In this document: positions 1-15,165 of the stretch, in pieces
Layout: every line of letters starts with the position of its first letter
Numbering within the stretch: position 1 is the stretch's first letter
Origin: Auanema rhodensis
Lineage: Eukaryota; Animalia; Nematoda
Assembly: GCA_964057225.1 (NCBI GenBank)
Contig: OZ059900.1
Span: 10,292,001-10,356,000 of the forward strand
Reading direction: 5' to 3'
Length of the DNA: 64,000 nt
Translations under genes and position numbers: made by a program
The notes under the pieces: generated by a model
Databases searched by the model: none
Told to the model about the DNA's origin: nothing
The model's input: only the letters and a program-made list of their open reading frames with translations

Positions 1-18
1 TAGAAAAGTAGAGAATAC

Positions 19-62
19 AAGAGAGATAGAGATAGAGAGAGAGAAAGAGAGAGAGAAAGAAA
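19..62. repeat. (GA)n-rich microsatellite
   Basis: Imperfect GA/GAAA run read directly. Confidence 0.8.
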
Positions 63-3000
63 GGATATATTCAAGTATAACACAGAAAGTTGATGCTGAT
101 AGTTGGAGAGCTCACATTAATTTTCCATCGTTTTGCCGCTCATTTTTTTTATTCAAAACGTACTAGAATTTGAAAACATCAGGTTGATGATGCAAATTTT
201 ATTTTTTGGAAGATCGTATTTGATCTGCTATGTTTGGAAATGGCACGATTATCTATTCATCAATCTTAAAAGTAGCGAAAGTACTGAAAAGAAGATATGG
301 TAGAGAAAAACGATTGTCAGCTTGAAATCAAACAGCTGTGTGAATTATTTGGATGCAAAAAATACTTATAGGATGTCGTATGTGATTCTGGTCGAATGAA
401 AAAGGACAGTTGAACAGCTAAGCAGATTAGAAAAAAACTGTTTCGATGACATTATGTCTATTGCTAGCGGCAATATTCCGATGCCCTTCTGTATAAGCTA
501 TTGAAGTCAAAGAGGATGTGAGAGGTTGGTGATGAGAAAAGAAATGAGAGAGAACGAGAGAGATAGATCGAAGGAAAGGTAGTTATGTTATCAGAATAAA
601 GGACATTATCAACCAAAAAAAGTCATTTAATGATCATTTTTCATGAAAAGAATAAAAAACAACAAAAAAACTGCTGAAAGAACCGGAAAAATGCAAACGA
701 TTCCTGATGCTCCAGCTATAGGAAATAGCATTACAGACAAGTTGTCTATGTATGTATGTGTGTATGTGTTGCTATTGCTTTTGGCTTTGTTAAGCTTATA
801 GACAATACAGTTTTGTGAGAGCGAAAGAAAGTAAAAGAGAGAAAGATAAAGAAAAGAGAAGGAAGATGATGTGAAGGATGCTTAAAGAAGAGACAAAAAA
901 CGTGTTTCAATGCGTTAGAAGGGGGGCAACGTGTGGCTTAAATAATGTAGCTTCAACATCAATTCATGAAACAAAGTATAGATATATCTTTAGTTTTTTA
1001 TAGATTTTCGTTGAGGCAAGCATTTTACAGTAACAGAATGTCTGTTCTACAGGTGTAATACAACCTGATGAACAAATGAAAAAGTTTCATCGAAAGCTTT
1101 GAAAACAAGAATCAAGACAGAACATTCGAAAATAAAAATACAAAACAGCTTATGAACGTTAGGTTAAAATATAAAAAAACGAATGACTTTTATCACTTAA
1201 ATAAACAAGAAACATTCACAATCAGCTTCATAATATGTAATTTATTTCTAGAAAATCTTTTAGATTAACTAATTTATGAAACAATAAAGCTTTGTAAAAA
1301 CAAACAAATAAATCTATTTGAAAAAGAAATTTATAGAAGACGTATGATAACTAGGACACAGATGAGACAACAGAAGATGCAATTAGTTGTCATGTGCATT
1401 ATATAAACATCACTGAATCACATCTCACGCGTTTTGTGATAAATAATCAGAAACACGGAAAAAAAAATGATAATTTGATTAAGATAATATGGAATAAAAA
1501 TAGAAAATGAACAGTTTTTTCTATTTATAATATTGTGTGACGCATTACTTTTCAATAGGTGTTAGAATGGAATCAGTATGATCATGTACTAACATGGTTA
1601 ATGGTCAGTTCGCTTACTTTTTTCTTTCATCTTTCACCGCAATTTCATTCTCTTCAAACATTTGCACACACGCACTGCAGGCGGACATACATGTCCTATT
1701 CTTCTGTCTTGCTCTACCTCAACCGTCTCTATTATTCTTGTAAACGTCTCTAACATCTCCGAACTTTATAAAAACACTAACATCGTTTTCCTCTTCTTCT
1801 ACTTAATCGTTTAGTTTTCAAAATTCACACAATGAAAAACAAACATATGTGTAAACTATTACGGAAAAACGTAAGAAGATTCCAAATATGAGAACAAAAA
1901 CAGAACTTTTTGGATTTTTCATTGAGTAATAGTGTTTTCTCAAGTATTATTACAATATTCGTCACCAGTATACTTCAATGTAATCTGCTTCAGTTCGAAA
2001 TATTTATGAGTATGATGAGCTGAGATGATACAGCTACTTTCGGTGACATATCAGGTATTAAGAATCACAAATATTTTTATTTTGTTTTCTTGTTTTCATT
2101 CTCTGTGTTTTTCTTCGCTTTTAGCTAATATTTGGAATAGAATGATGTGATAGTATAAACGATAGTAGCACGTGCTAAAGTAAAGAATAACTTATAAATA
2201 TCAAAATAATATAGTTTTTAATTGATAGTGAACTGTTTAACCATAGTAGTTGATTGAGAGTGAAAAAGCTACACGTCTGATAAGGATGGCAAAGGAATTG
2301 TAGCGAAAGGACAGAGCAGAGTCCACACGATCTATAGATCATAAAATGAAACGAGAGAAAACAGAGAAAAATGTTTTTTTGAAGATAACTAGACACTAGA
2401 GATGAAGCTGGTATGTAGATTTGAAAACTAAATCATAGTTCTAATTGTGATTTTCAACATTGTTGGCACAAAAACATTATAATTTCGATAGGGTTGGGGG
2501 GGGGGGGCAAAATGTGCATTGATAGTGAAAATCCATAGAGTGTTATAGTCGGAACATGCTACTGTTGAACTCTAAATGGAACATGTTAAAGTGCAGTTCA
2601 GTTGAAATTAAATTGAAAGTGACAGTGCTTGAATGGTAGTCGGAACATGCAATGAACAGAAGGCATTGAAGAATAAAATTTAGAAAATTAACGAAAGAAG
2701 TTGAAGGAGAATGCTTCTCTGTGCTATTTTGAGTGAAGAAGATACAGAGAAAACGAGAAAAAGAAAAAGAGGGTGAGATTGAAAGAAAAGAGAGCGAAAA
2801 TGCGCTAAAGGGACGGTGAGAATGTAGAAGTGCATGAGAGAAAGAGGAAAGGTTCAAGAAAATGAAAAGAAAATGCAATTGAAAGAGAAAAGGAGTGAGG
2901 ATGAGACGAGGAGGAAGAGGGTATAGTGGAACAGAGGTTCTGGAAACAGACTTTACAAAGAGGACGACGCCCCGAAACAAACTATTGGTGATGATGAGAG

Positions 3001-4044
3001 AAAGATACATACTTTCATGCATAGATGTGGACACACACACACACACTCACATGCATATACACGGACAGGCAGAAGAATTTTTCCTCATGCTATACATACA
3101 ATCGACGTAGTTCTCGTTGACGTAGTTCTTGCTTGTCCTAACGAACTGAGGCGTGAGATTACAGAAAAGTACAATTGAAAGCGGATGAGAATGAATAAGG
3201 TCAGATGAACGATGGAGAGATTCAACAATTAGAGTCATCTACTCAAACAAGAGCAACTGTGGCAGGGGGGCAAGTGAGTTAAACAATTTTCAAAAGGTAA
3301 TTTAAGAATAAGCAAGTACTAGAAGCTGAGGTAATAAAATAAAATAAAAAATGAGAGATTCATCGTAGTGAGAGAAACAGGGACAACAAGATGAGGGAAA
3401 GCAGAAGAATCGTTGAGGTAGTGATGATGGTCGGCTAACGTCTTCGTCATTTCAACCGGATTGATGTGTCGGTCCCTTCTGTGCGTTTGTGTGTGTATGT
3501 GCAAACAGTCTTTTGACTGCCTTTTTTTCGTTTCGCCAGCCAATACTAGAAGCTTATACTGCTGTTGATGCTGCTGATGAAGATCATGATGCTGATGACG
3601 AGTTCGATGACGACAACATCAACGTGGACGACGATTTGGGTAATGATGCTGGCGATTATGATGACGCTGCTATGCGCCGTTCGGACGACCCTGTTGAATA
3701 CAAATTCGCGAATGATGTGGAAATGAATTGGATGATTGGTTGGTTTCTGACAGTAAAGATCTGGTCCTGATGCGAGCGCGAAAGAGGAGCTTTTTAGGAA
3801 AAAAAATAAAACAGCATGAGAAATGTTGAGCGCTTCAGAAGATGAGGAAGAGCGAGAGATATATGATTTTCGGCTGAGCGTAAAGCGTCCAGTATTTCAT
3901 GTGCATCAACTCGAAACTGCATTCCGTTCACACGCAGTTTTGAAAAAAATGTTCGTTTACCCTAGATCGCATCAGGTAATTTGTATCTAGTTAGGGAAAA
4001 GTTGAAAACTGAACAAGCGTATACTAAGTTGAAAGAGGATGAAC

Positions 4045-4083
4045 GAGAGAGAGGGAGAGAGAGAGAAAGAGAGAGAGAGAGAG

Positions 4084-4126
<43 letters not shown>

Positions 4127-4170
4127 AAGAGAGAGATAGAGAGAGAGAGAGAGAGCGCGAGAGAGAGAGA
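4045..4170. repeat. (GA)n microsatellite
   Basis: ~125 bp of GA dinucleotide repeats; source of the spurious SLSL ORFs. Confidence 0.95.
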
Positions 4171-7100
4171 GTGAAAGCGAAAGAGAATTGAAAGAGCGGG
4201 AGTGAAACAGAAAATATGTATGTATAAAGAGAGTTTGATATACAAGAAGTAATAAACATAGTCAGCCAGATATAGTGCTGGAACTGACCGGATTCTGTAA
4301 GCTTTTACTTTCATTATCTTTCATCAAAATGCTAACGTAAATCACTAATGCTTTTTTGATATCTATCATACAGCAAAACATCTTTTTATATCATCATTAT
4401 TAAACATAAGTGGATTTCAAGATAAAAAAAGTCAGACACTGCTGGAGAAGAATACAGCCTCTAACCAATTTTTATTTTAACCTTTTCGATTTTTCTTTAG
4501 TTCAGCTTTTTTTTTTCAAATTGTTTTCATTCTCCACCCAAACAAGAAATATTCTTGAGGTATTTTAAAATGAAAAAAGAGATTGAAAGAGAGCTGACTT
4601 AGAATTTCTGCATTCATTTAACAAGGAACGTTCCGTAATGTTCCTGTATTTCAAAATTTTAATGTCTAGTTCAAAGGACTAAGCACTTTTCAATTCTACA
4701 GTTCATAGTGTTATTTCAGACAAAAAAATCATATACAGAAGGGATGAGTAAGCGATGAAAAGGGTAAGAACTGAGGAATATTATTCGAAAATAACAAACA
4801 AATAACTATAAAAAACAATAAAAAAAATGAATTTTAAGAACATAATGTGTATGTGCATGTGTCTGTGTGTATGTAGCCAGGTGATAAATACATTCGAAAA
4901 TAAGGCTGATTAGCTGATTTTAAGACGGAATAAAAACATATACACATACACTCATATGCACACATAGAGAGAATATAAAAAAAGACATACATAGCCATGT
5001 GATGGGTGTATACAGAAGGACAGAAACACAAGAAGAAGAAGAAGAAGAAAAAACTAAGACGAATTGAGGCTAAAACAGGGCTAATGACCAAATATTTGTT
5101 TCGTTCAGTTCCACATATAGATGAGACAGAACGGTTTTGAAAGAAGAGAGAAAAAATATAAAATTATGTCAAACAGCATTTTGACATGCTCATGGTGAAC
5201 ATAGATAGATCGCCGAGATATGAGAGCAGTTAAGATGTTTAGAGAACGCAAAGAAAGGGCGGTGAATAAGCTCATATTAACGGCAGATTTAATGATAATA
5301 CAATGGTCTTAATCTATTGTATTCAAAATTAAATCTGTAAACTAATGCCGTAATCTGTCTGAAACAGCATGAAAATTTGAAGATTAAGCACCGGTACACG
5401 GACATGCTAATTATCAATTTTTTTGCAGTCAAATAAAAACGACTTAACTGCCTTTGCTAATCACACTCACAGCATCTACTTTCTCAGACAATATCAATTG
5501 CCAATGCTTCTCTATCTCAGTTCTTCGTTTTTTTTGCTTTTTTTCTAAATCAGCTTAAGACTTCACGTGGATGAAAATGCATGAATTTCGTTGACATAAG
5601 AGATTTATTTCACTAATGACGAGCAAGCCACACAAAAGCAATATCTGATAACAGTCAATGAAAAGATGAAACAGTCTCAAAGAGAGTTTGAAATAAGGAA
5701 ATGTGAAATCAGAGAAAGAGTTAAAAAATGAAATAAACTTTTTGAATCAAAAACAAACAGTTTATATACTATAATATAATGATAAATATAAACATTCAGG
5801 GCTTTTAGATTACAAATAATAAAAATAGTCATTCTGAAGCCAAAATTAAAATAAAATAAATCACAATGACTGTGGCTCTTATTCTGTTTTGGTACAATAT
5901 GCTTGTGAATAGTATTTGAATCATAATGCGTAGAAAAAGGCAATATAGTATATCATCTCATATAATACACAACAAAATTGAATTTTAATATATAGTATAT
6001 AGAGTTTCGCTTTCAATATACTATATGAAATAGAACACGGAACTAGCTCTCATCTCATAAGGATATATTATTATGGAATAAGTTGAAAAATAACATTATT
6101 TCTATATTCTCCTTTGCTATTATTCAAAAAGAAAAACTATTTGTTCACATTATTACACTGTATACAGCGATAATTCATTCATGTATCGTTTTAGACACCT
6201 TTTCTCATTTTTTTTTGAAAAATAATCATAAATATATTCAAAAGTATTCAATAGACTACTGAATAAATGAGAATGCGTTATACAACTGTTTAATATTGAT
6301 AACGTAACGGTGAATAATTTACATACAATATGTTACAAATCATGAATTATATGGAACAGTTTTCAAACAAATTCTAATAAATGAGCAAATCATTGATTTA
6401 ATTTGGTAATCAGTTAATCTTCTCTCATTTAATTCAAACATATGGCAAGAAAAATTGGGTTAATGTTTGTAAAACGATAAGTACTGACTTATTCAACTTA
6501 AAACTTCTTTTTTTCTCTGCTTTTAACAAAGTAAATATAAGAAAAAATGAGATAAAAATAAAATTATTTACATAATTATTTGAATAAAAAAAATCAATAA
6601 TATAAGAAATAATCTATAAATGTTACTTGAAAGTTTACCGTTGTTTATCTGATCAAATATATCGTTGATGATGATGAATATGAAGATTAATCACAACCTA
6701 CTACTATCAAACTATACGTATACTAGTATAGTTTATACTTGTTTTTAGAGGTCGACATAGTAGAAGACCATAGAGGTCAAACTATAGTATAGTATAAGCA
6801 GGTGTGAGAGAAACATATCTAATATAATGGGTAAACTCATCTAGATTCATATAAGGCATGATACAATGAATAAACAGAAGAGAGAGAGAGAGAAACAAGA
6901 CTTGTAGGATGTACATGTACTAATCAATAAATTATATTATATAGTAAAAATAATAATTAGAAAATTAATACGTATTTTTATTATATGATAGTGAAAATAT
7001 TTGATGAAAGTGAAAAGATATTAAAATGAAAAGTGATGAGAAAATCTCTTCTGAATATCTAAACAGATAATAATATTCGGTTACAATGGTTCACTGTGAC

Positions 7101-9448
7101 AAGCCATTTTAGGTGTGGTATGCAAACGAGACACACTGAAAGATAGGTGAAAAATGAAAAAGAGAGAACAAAAGAGAGAGAGGGGAGAGGGAGGGGAAAG
7201 AGAATGGAAGAGTAAAGTGTACATGAGAAATTTAAACAAATTGTTAATATTTCATAAGATTGTTTTATATTTATGATAGTTTTCTGAAGTAGAGAATAAG
7301 AATCAAAACATTGCATATTTTAAAAAGTTAAAATTCAGAATGAGATGTTCAAGAGTTGAGAAATAAAGAGAATGAAAAATTCAAAAAAAAAATGAATAAA
7401 CAAGAGAAATCTTAGTAATATTATAAAAAAAAGAAAGGAAAAGGGCCTACTATACAACAGTTTCAAAACAATAACCGCAGCAAAGTTGATTGAATTTGAT
7501 AGATAATAGAAAACGTATATTTGATATGACTTTACTATGAGCATGAATGAGATAATTTTTATCATAAGCGTACAGAGCCCACAGAGCTTTATACTCAACA
7601 CGTAGAGACATTAATGAAATAAAATCTTTTATATTCTTGATTTTACTCGTTTTTCTTTCTGCTTCTTCTTCTTTTTTTATTTCAAATCTTCTTTTTTTTC
7701 AATTTTCATTGTAGTGGAGAATATTATATGGACATTTTATTATAATATGCCCTGGAGGCAATTTCCATTTTGCAACTATGTATCAAATATACTGATAAGC
7801 ATTGAAAGACAGAGATTATATGAAAACGAATATTTTATGTGTATGAAATGATAAAATATTTTATTGTGTTTAATTCGTTTGATTAACAAAATCTTTTATA
7901 TGTTTCTTTATTATCAATTGTATGAAGAGGATTTATCTACGAAACATAATATATAAATCACCTAATTACCTATAAACACAATGGAAAACTAAATTTTTTT
8001 TATAGATTATGCTATAAATTCTTATGACGTTAGTAGATTTGAAGCATAATCACGAATCAAAATCAAAAGTTAAATTTTTTTGTTTTAAAATCCTCAATCT
8101 AATTATATTTCAAGTTATCTGGAGTAAAAATTAAGTGAAGAAATATAGTGATTAGTTGAAAAATTTTAAAATTCTCGTGCCAGAAGAGTGGGAAATAAAC
8201 TTTTGTTGCAGGTAATATCTGTCTGGCAGTTATACTTTGTTGATTAATTTGTAATATGTAGCTTTTCTTCAACTGATGTCAAAGATGATGGAGTCGATGA
8301 TGTAATTTTTTTCTCACTTTGCTCTTTGATCCAATAAATTTGTGAATATGAACATTTCAAATATAAACAAATATATGTATGTATGTGTATAGTTGTATGA
8401 AATAGATTTTACGCTCATTCATAGCTAGTTTGAAAATATAAAACTTAGTTATTTTGGTGGATGATTTCTTGCTAGAAAAAAAAATCCACTTGTGCTTTCA
8501 ATTGACTTGAAAAGCTTTATTCCTATCATTTGCTTTTGAACATCATCACTTCATTTTCAATTTGAGCTCAAGTGTTTAAAGGTTATTTACTCGAATTCTG
8601 AAGTTTTCCTAGAAGTTGTCTTCAATAGTTTTCTACTTAAATGGAGAAAAATAGAAAGTTCAATTGAAGATGTCAAAATAGATCCGGTTTCAATTGATTT
8701 TGTTATTTGTCATGTTTATTATCCTATTCAGAAGGTATTCTTTATTATTTTTCGCTCAGGTGAGATGATGGTTGTAGAGAGTAGCATATCAACGTAACCG
8801 CATCTCGACAATCAAAAAGGGAACAACTTCAAAATCTGATTGTTATGACATGTATTGAAATTAATAAAATTATTTTTAAAATTAAAATATTTTAATAAAT
8901 GCTGCTGCAAGTTGCTCTTCAACGTTGTAAAAATCAGATACACAAGAACCGAGATAAAAAGAGATAGAGAGAAAGTGAGAGGATGAGGAGGTTGTACGTT
9001 CACGAGATTGGGTATTCGAGATGTGTAAAGCCGTGAGTTACTTTGAAAGACGATCTTCATCATCACAGCAGTTTCATTGCACATATAGATTATATATTTA
9101 TCCACATTATATGAGAGAAAAAAAAAGAAATGATAGCCTTTGTTTCAAGTTTTGAAGTGAAAAATTGATTTTCTCAGCTCAATTCAAGCTATTTGTATAA
9201 ATTAGTTATTCTTTTTATTTAAACTTTCTGTTATGTTTGTTAATTTTTGTCTTAGTTCCAGTAAAATTACTGCAAAATAAGTTAAAACAACCATATGTCT
9301 ACCAACTTATGCATGGATTTCAGTTAATTTATCTAAATTTATTCTACAAATTCACTGGTTTGATTACAATTTACAGCAATTAAATAATTAATTAAGTTAT
9401 AGATTAAATAGCTAATATTTTCTTTTATTATTATTCATTTTTGACAAT

Positions 9449-11552
9449 ATGATTCATTCTATTACTATAATTTCTCTCTATTCTCTCCTAGTTTTAGCTA
9501 ATTCACAAAAAATATTGACACAATCAACTGAATATCATGTAAGTTCATTGCTCAAGTATGATTATTTTATTTTTTATTAATTCCAATACATGATTATTCA
9601 AATAGATATTTAAAAATATTTAGATATTAACACATAATACAATTGAATTACATTGTAATCTTATTGATATATCTGATGATCATACGGTTATATGGAAAAG
9701 AGGAAAAGATACATTGTTTGTTGATGAAGATCAGCTAACATATGATGAAAGATATTATGTTTTACGAGAAGGAATGGTTAGTTTATATTATATTTAACTA
9801 TATGTATATATTAACTATAATATACTTTCTAATATATTATTATTTCAGAATAGTACACTTGTAATCAAATCTGTGGAACCAATCGATAATACATTATTTT
9901 ACTGCGAGTTAACTGATCCATTGCAGATTGTTCATTATCGTTTAATAGTACACAGTAATTTTCAAAAATTTTATTGATTTTTTTAAAAAAAAAAAGAGCT
10001 AATTGTTTCTAGATCCACCAACTGTACGTATTATACCAGAACAAAGTGAATATGTTGCACATGCTGGTGATACAAATCTGATTATTCGATGTTATGCACT
10101 AGGCAATCCGAAACCAATCACAAAATGGTCATATTCGGTATGTAAATAGCTATAACAATTCAAAAAACACTAAAAATATTGATTATAATATTCATTTTCT
10201 ATATTTCCAGTCAGGAAATGTGACAGATGACGTGCTTATTAAAGACCATCAGCTCATAATACCTGTAGTTCAACAGCATCACAGTGGTGATTATACATGT
10301 AATGCAACAAACAAAGCTGGAAATGCAATTCAACGCATTCGAATAAAAGTTTATGGCAAGTTTTAAGATTTTCTTTGTCATCTTTTTTTAATTTTCTTAT
10401 CTATATTACAACATTAAAATCATTTTCCAAATAACTTTAGTAATATCATGACATAAACTGAATATTATAGTTAAACCATTTATAAAAGCTGATAGTACCT
10501 TCTTGCCCGTTAATGTTGGAGGCAATTACGAAATACTTTGTACATATGATGGCTATCCAAAGCCAACAACCGATTGGTTATTCAATGGCCAGCGAATAAA
10601 TGTAAATTTTAGCATTATTATAATATTATATATCAGCATATAGTTAAGCAGTACATAAGATATAATTATAGTTTGCTGCTGAACCATTCAATACAGTTGC
10701 TCGTCAAGCTCGTCATCAAAACAACACACATATAACATCATTGCTTTTTACTAATATGACTGAGGTATATTATAAATAGATTTAGACATATAGTTAATAA
10801 TTTGCATAACTAACAATTTTTATTTATTTTTCCTTGTTTTATAGGAACATTTTGGTGATTATATTTGTCGTGTATCAAATACACTTGGATCAGATAAGGC
10901 AGTTGTACATGCCAGTGGTATGTGAACAGAACATACTATGTGTGTGTGTGGGTAATTGATGATGAACCTCGAATTACAGCACGACCGGGTCCACCAACTA
11001 TTGTATGTCATGATAAAGTCATTTTTTGGACAATAATCTCAAAAAATCCAATTATTGAATATAAATTGTTTATTCGATATGCTGATGATGAGGAATGGAT
11101 ACGTTTTGAAAACATATTAGCCAAGAAATGTATGATTGTAAACTTGGAAATCTTCAAAAGTTGCTCTATTATTTCAGCAGATGAGATTAAGACTGATATT
11201 TGGGAAAGAGAAATCAAACTGCAGGACTACTTCGAGCCAGATATCAAGTATGAAGTGCAGGTATGTAAGCGCATTTCAACAATATTTCTCTCTATTTCTA
11301 CATTTGAATTCAATGTATTGTTACAAATGTTTTTTCTGCTTCAGGTTCAAGGACGTAATTCATTCGGATGGGGGAGTTTAGCTAAAAATTATGCGACACC
11401 GTTTTATGCGTTACCGAAAAAAGGTCTCTGGGTGTAACTGTGTCCGTTTAATAATGACGAACAAAAATGTTTCAGAACGAATATCCGCATCATCAACTGT
11501 GATGAATGCACTGGTCATGCTATGGGTTTTCCTTGTTTTCAATCAAATTTGA
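9449..11552 (+). CDS. wrk-1: GPI-anchored Ig-superfamily cell-surface protein (signal peptide, 3 Ig, 1 FN3), Wrapper/Klingon/WRK-1-like; ~12 exons
   Basis: Manually spliced: MIHSITIISLYSLLVLANSQ signal; Ig1 IELHC..VIWKRG..TLVIKSV..FYC; Ig2 IRCYALGNPKPITKW..SGDYTCNATN; Ig3 ILCTYDGYPKPTTDW..FGDYICRVSN; FN3 RPGPP..YEVQVQGRNSFGWG; hydrophobic C-tail ALVMLWVFLVFNQI*. Symbol assigned from domain architecture only. Confidence 0.8.
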
Positions 11553-12615
11553 TCTATGAATATCGGTTCGCAGGCGTTTTTTTCTGTAATTCCAACAGAA
11601 GACTCATTTTTTTCTGAATCAAAAACTTTTTTTTAGTGCATGAAAAATGAAATTGATTTGGATTTTTTAATTTCACTGATTTTGTCATTCACTTTTCTGT
11701 CAGCATCAGCACTTTTGCAATAGATTTCTTTTGGAGTTTAAACTATTTTTTTTGAAACATTTGTTTTAGAAATGTCTAGACAGACTGATAAAATTTCTTT
11801 CATTTTTTTTCTTTAATCTTTCGCTTCATTTCATTTTTTTTAAATAAACATTTTCTTTATTTTTATTTTATTGGTATTGAAGTGCACGTCTGCTTTAGCT
11901 GATTAATCAAGAAGATAGATGATGTAATAAAATTTCTTAATAATGTATTTCATCTATTATGGTGGCCGGAACACAAAACGCGACTATCTTGCATCTTGCT
12001 ATCAATGAAATAGCAAATGGTTTACAAAAATGCCCGCAGGGAGATGCATTGTGGAAACCTGCGCAGACATATAAATAATAGAACGAGAATGCCATCTCGT
12101 CATATTCATCTTCATTATCTTGCAACCGGAAAAAAGTATAATGATCTGTGATAATAATGATGCTGATGTGTCAATTTAGAAAGAAGAAATCAGGTTGAAT
12201 ACATGAACAACCTATAACGATGCGATTTTTCTTAGCTGGGGTGAACTTCTATTTTCAACCTTTGATAAATGATAACGGAATCATGATCAACGTTTCCCTC
12301 TAATCCTTCGTTTTCTCTAAATCTATCTCTCTCTTTTTCTTTCAGTTTTTCTAGATTCTCTCACAATTCTATGATTTTTGTATTTTTTTCTCCACATTAT
12401 GCTTCATCTCTCTTTTACGCATGCTGATGTTCTCATTCCCATTCTCTACTACACTCCATGTCATTCCATCTTCCCTTTTCGATAGTTGTACGTCTGGTGT
12501 AAAAGGACAGCCTTCTTACGTAGAATGGCGGACACGCACAAAAAATGGTTTCCCGTAGTCGACACATTTTTAAGACAACATTTGGCACAGTTGTTGTCAA
12601 AACAGTCAGGTCGGC

Positions 12616-14258
12616 ATGTCGCGTCTCCTTCAGGTTTTCCTCAGTACAATCATTTTACTAGGTAAGTACCAACATATTAATCGAATTCGACTTTCAAATG
12701 TTTTAGGATATACATCAGCAGATCAATGTGTATTACCGTTTGGTAACTATGAAGCTGCATTCGGCTCATTGAATGGAACTGTTTACTTCCGCCTTTCCAT
12801 TGCAATTCCGAACCCTGCTGCTTCGAACGGCTGGACAGCTATTGGATTTGGTCAAAGCATGGTAAGATATGAGCTTCAACAAAAAAAAATACGAGTGAAT
12901 GAAACTTTACTTGTTTACAACTTTCACTTTAAAAAAGTGGGATTTTGAAAATTTTAACAATATTCATTGTAGAGAAGTGGTATTGATGTTATTATTGTTC
13001 GTGTGCTGAATGGACGCGTGCTTGTAACTGATGAATTTGTTCAAGGCTACACTCGACCAACACCAGACAGAGTAAGTATTATTCAGTTTCAATTATAGAT
13101 GAGGCAGAAGGCAAGTTTGAAAAAAAGTTACCAAACTCCCTGGTCTGAAGTAATGCAGAAGTAGCATAACGAGGAAGTTCTAAGTATTTCTATGTAGAAC
13201 TGGAAAAGTACGCTTAAGAACAAGTTTACAAGTTTTCGAATATTTTTACGATTATTTCAATTTTCACGCATCTCATGCTTACTCAAACCGGCATGCCCAA
13301 AACAAACACGTTCGGGTCATTTTAACAGTTTTTTTATATGATCGAGGAAGTCTTAGCTGTGTGCGCATGTAACTTTAGAACACACGAGATGGACGTGAAG
13401 GGTGTGAATAAAGTGAAACTGTTCCAAGAAAACAGTTCTGCGCCATCGAAGCAAAGCTTGAAAGAGTGACTAAAAATCAAAAGTGAATTGGATTCTTTCC
13501 TATGATTTCATACTTTAGAAGGTTCAGTAGGATCAAATATAGCAAGCATTCTGCCAAGCGAAAAGCTTCATGTCATTCAGTTTTACTTTCAATTGTGACG
13601 TAAACATGCATTTTTGCAAGCTATCCGGATGAAACAGGTTTTAGCTATACTTCATACATCAGCAGACATTTCAATGTGTCTCAATAAACATTTTTTTGAA
13701 AAGATCATTAAGTTTATTATCGTCTTCCTGCCCGGAAGTTTATCTAAGTAAGCTGTTTGAGCGACTAATATGCAACGCTTTTCTACTGAAACCGTTTGAA
13801 AGAGTGAAAAGAAAATTTATGGATACTAGAAAACTGATGATGAGAAGAACTAAAGATGATGTAATGTTACACACAAATTCCTATATGGATTGTCTGATAC
13901 AGTGACTCATTAATATCATTTTTCCAAGCTATCTCTAAAGAGTTTACGATTATTCAGATCAATCACGTTCAAATGGGAAGTGTAAATTTCTCCAATGGCG
14001 TCTTGAAGGTCTCATTTTCTCGTCCAGCTATGACTTTCGATCAAATGGATCATCCACTAAATGGCTGCAGCACGTGGCAGGTATTATACATTTCTGACAA
14101 TGAACAAGCACATTGTCAGTCCCTCTACAATGCTTACTTTCCATCTTTTGCAGTTCGTGACAGCCTTCAGTCCTGTAAGTCCTCAAGGAGCACTATTTCA
14201 TCATTCACGAACTCCTGTCAGCCGAACTGTCTGTCTGCAGCAATGTCTCATACGATGA
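12616..14258 (+). CDS. secreted DOMON-domain protein, 5 exons
   Basis: Exons ~12616-12661, 12707-12861, 12973-13071, 13958-14080, 14154-14258; signal peptide; GWTAIGFGQSM..GIDVIIV..VTDEF..LKVSFSRP..D..L..C..WQF..HH pattern typical of DOMON. Confidence 0.85.
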
Positions 14259-15165
14259 ATATCATTTACTTAACGTTCAATGACTGTCTTGTACAAATAT
14301 GATTGCATACATATTTTCTTCTCATGCATCTGAAGTTATAATACAATTAAATGAATTGGGTAACACATACATGCGTATGCATAGCCTATACACACATTCA
14401 CATATAATAACATATATTATATTCATAGCAATGCATGCACACTGATATATATTAATATAGATTGTTCATGAATCAATATATTGAAACCTGAATTACATTG
14501 TAAAAAAAATGATTTATTTTCAAAAAAAAACATATTTTATCCATCCATTTGAATAATATACAATATATATATATATTATATTTCGAAGAAAAATATAAAC
14601 TTAAATAATTACATTAAACTTTTCTTAAAACTTTGTCCAAACAGAGAAAACAGAGCAAAATAAAGAAGAAAAACAATATAAAAGTGAGAAACAATTTAAT
14701 GATGATCAGTTATTTTCAAGAAAACTGTATGAACTCATCATAAAATTATTAACTCCCACCAATTCCAAGAGAGGAAAAGTGAACGATCTGGAATCGGCAG
14801 TAGATCGTCAAGAGGCAAGACGATGATATATAGATAAAGAAAAGAGAAAGAGATTGAGAAAAAATGTAAAATAACATTAATATTAAATTAAGTTAAACTA
14901 TAAAACATGAGAGTCATTGTGTTAAAATCTTTCAAAATTAAATAAAACCCAGAGAAAGAATGAAGAGCAGAGGAAGACTACAGGGAATCATATGACAATA
15001 ACTAACATTATCTTAATAATTTTTCGCTTATTTGTTCTATTTTTGTATTGAAACGGAGAAAAACCAAAAAAGAAATTCGAGAAGAAGATCCAAGAAAGTA
15101 TCCGGGTAAAAAAGTATTTACAAATGAAATATTGCAAAGAACTTGATAATCTCATTTTAAAATTC

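Noticed and set aside
2546-2650. 14-bp direct repeat TAGTCGGAACATGC
   Set aside because: Two copies only, with no associated structure.
3489-3770. Asp-rich 93-aa ORF (similar case at 60263-60622)
   Set aside because: Low-complexity GAT/GAC sequence without a supported exon chain; probably UTR or intron of neighbouring genes.
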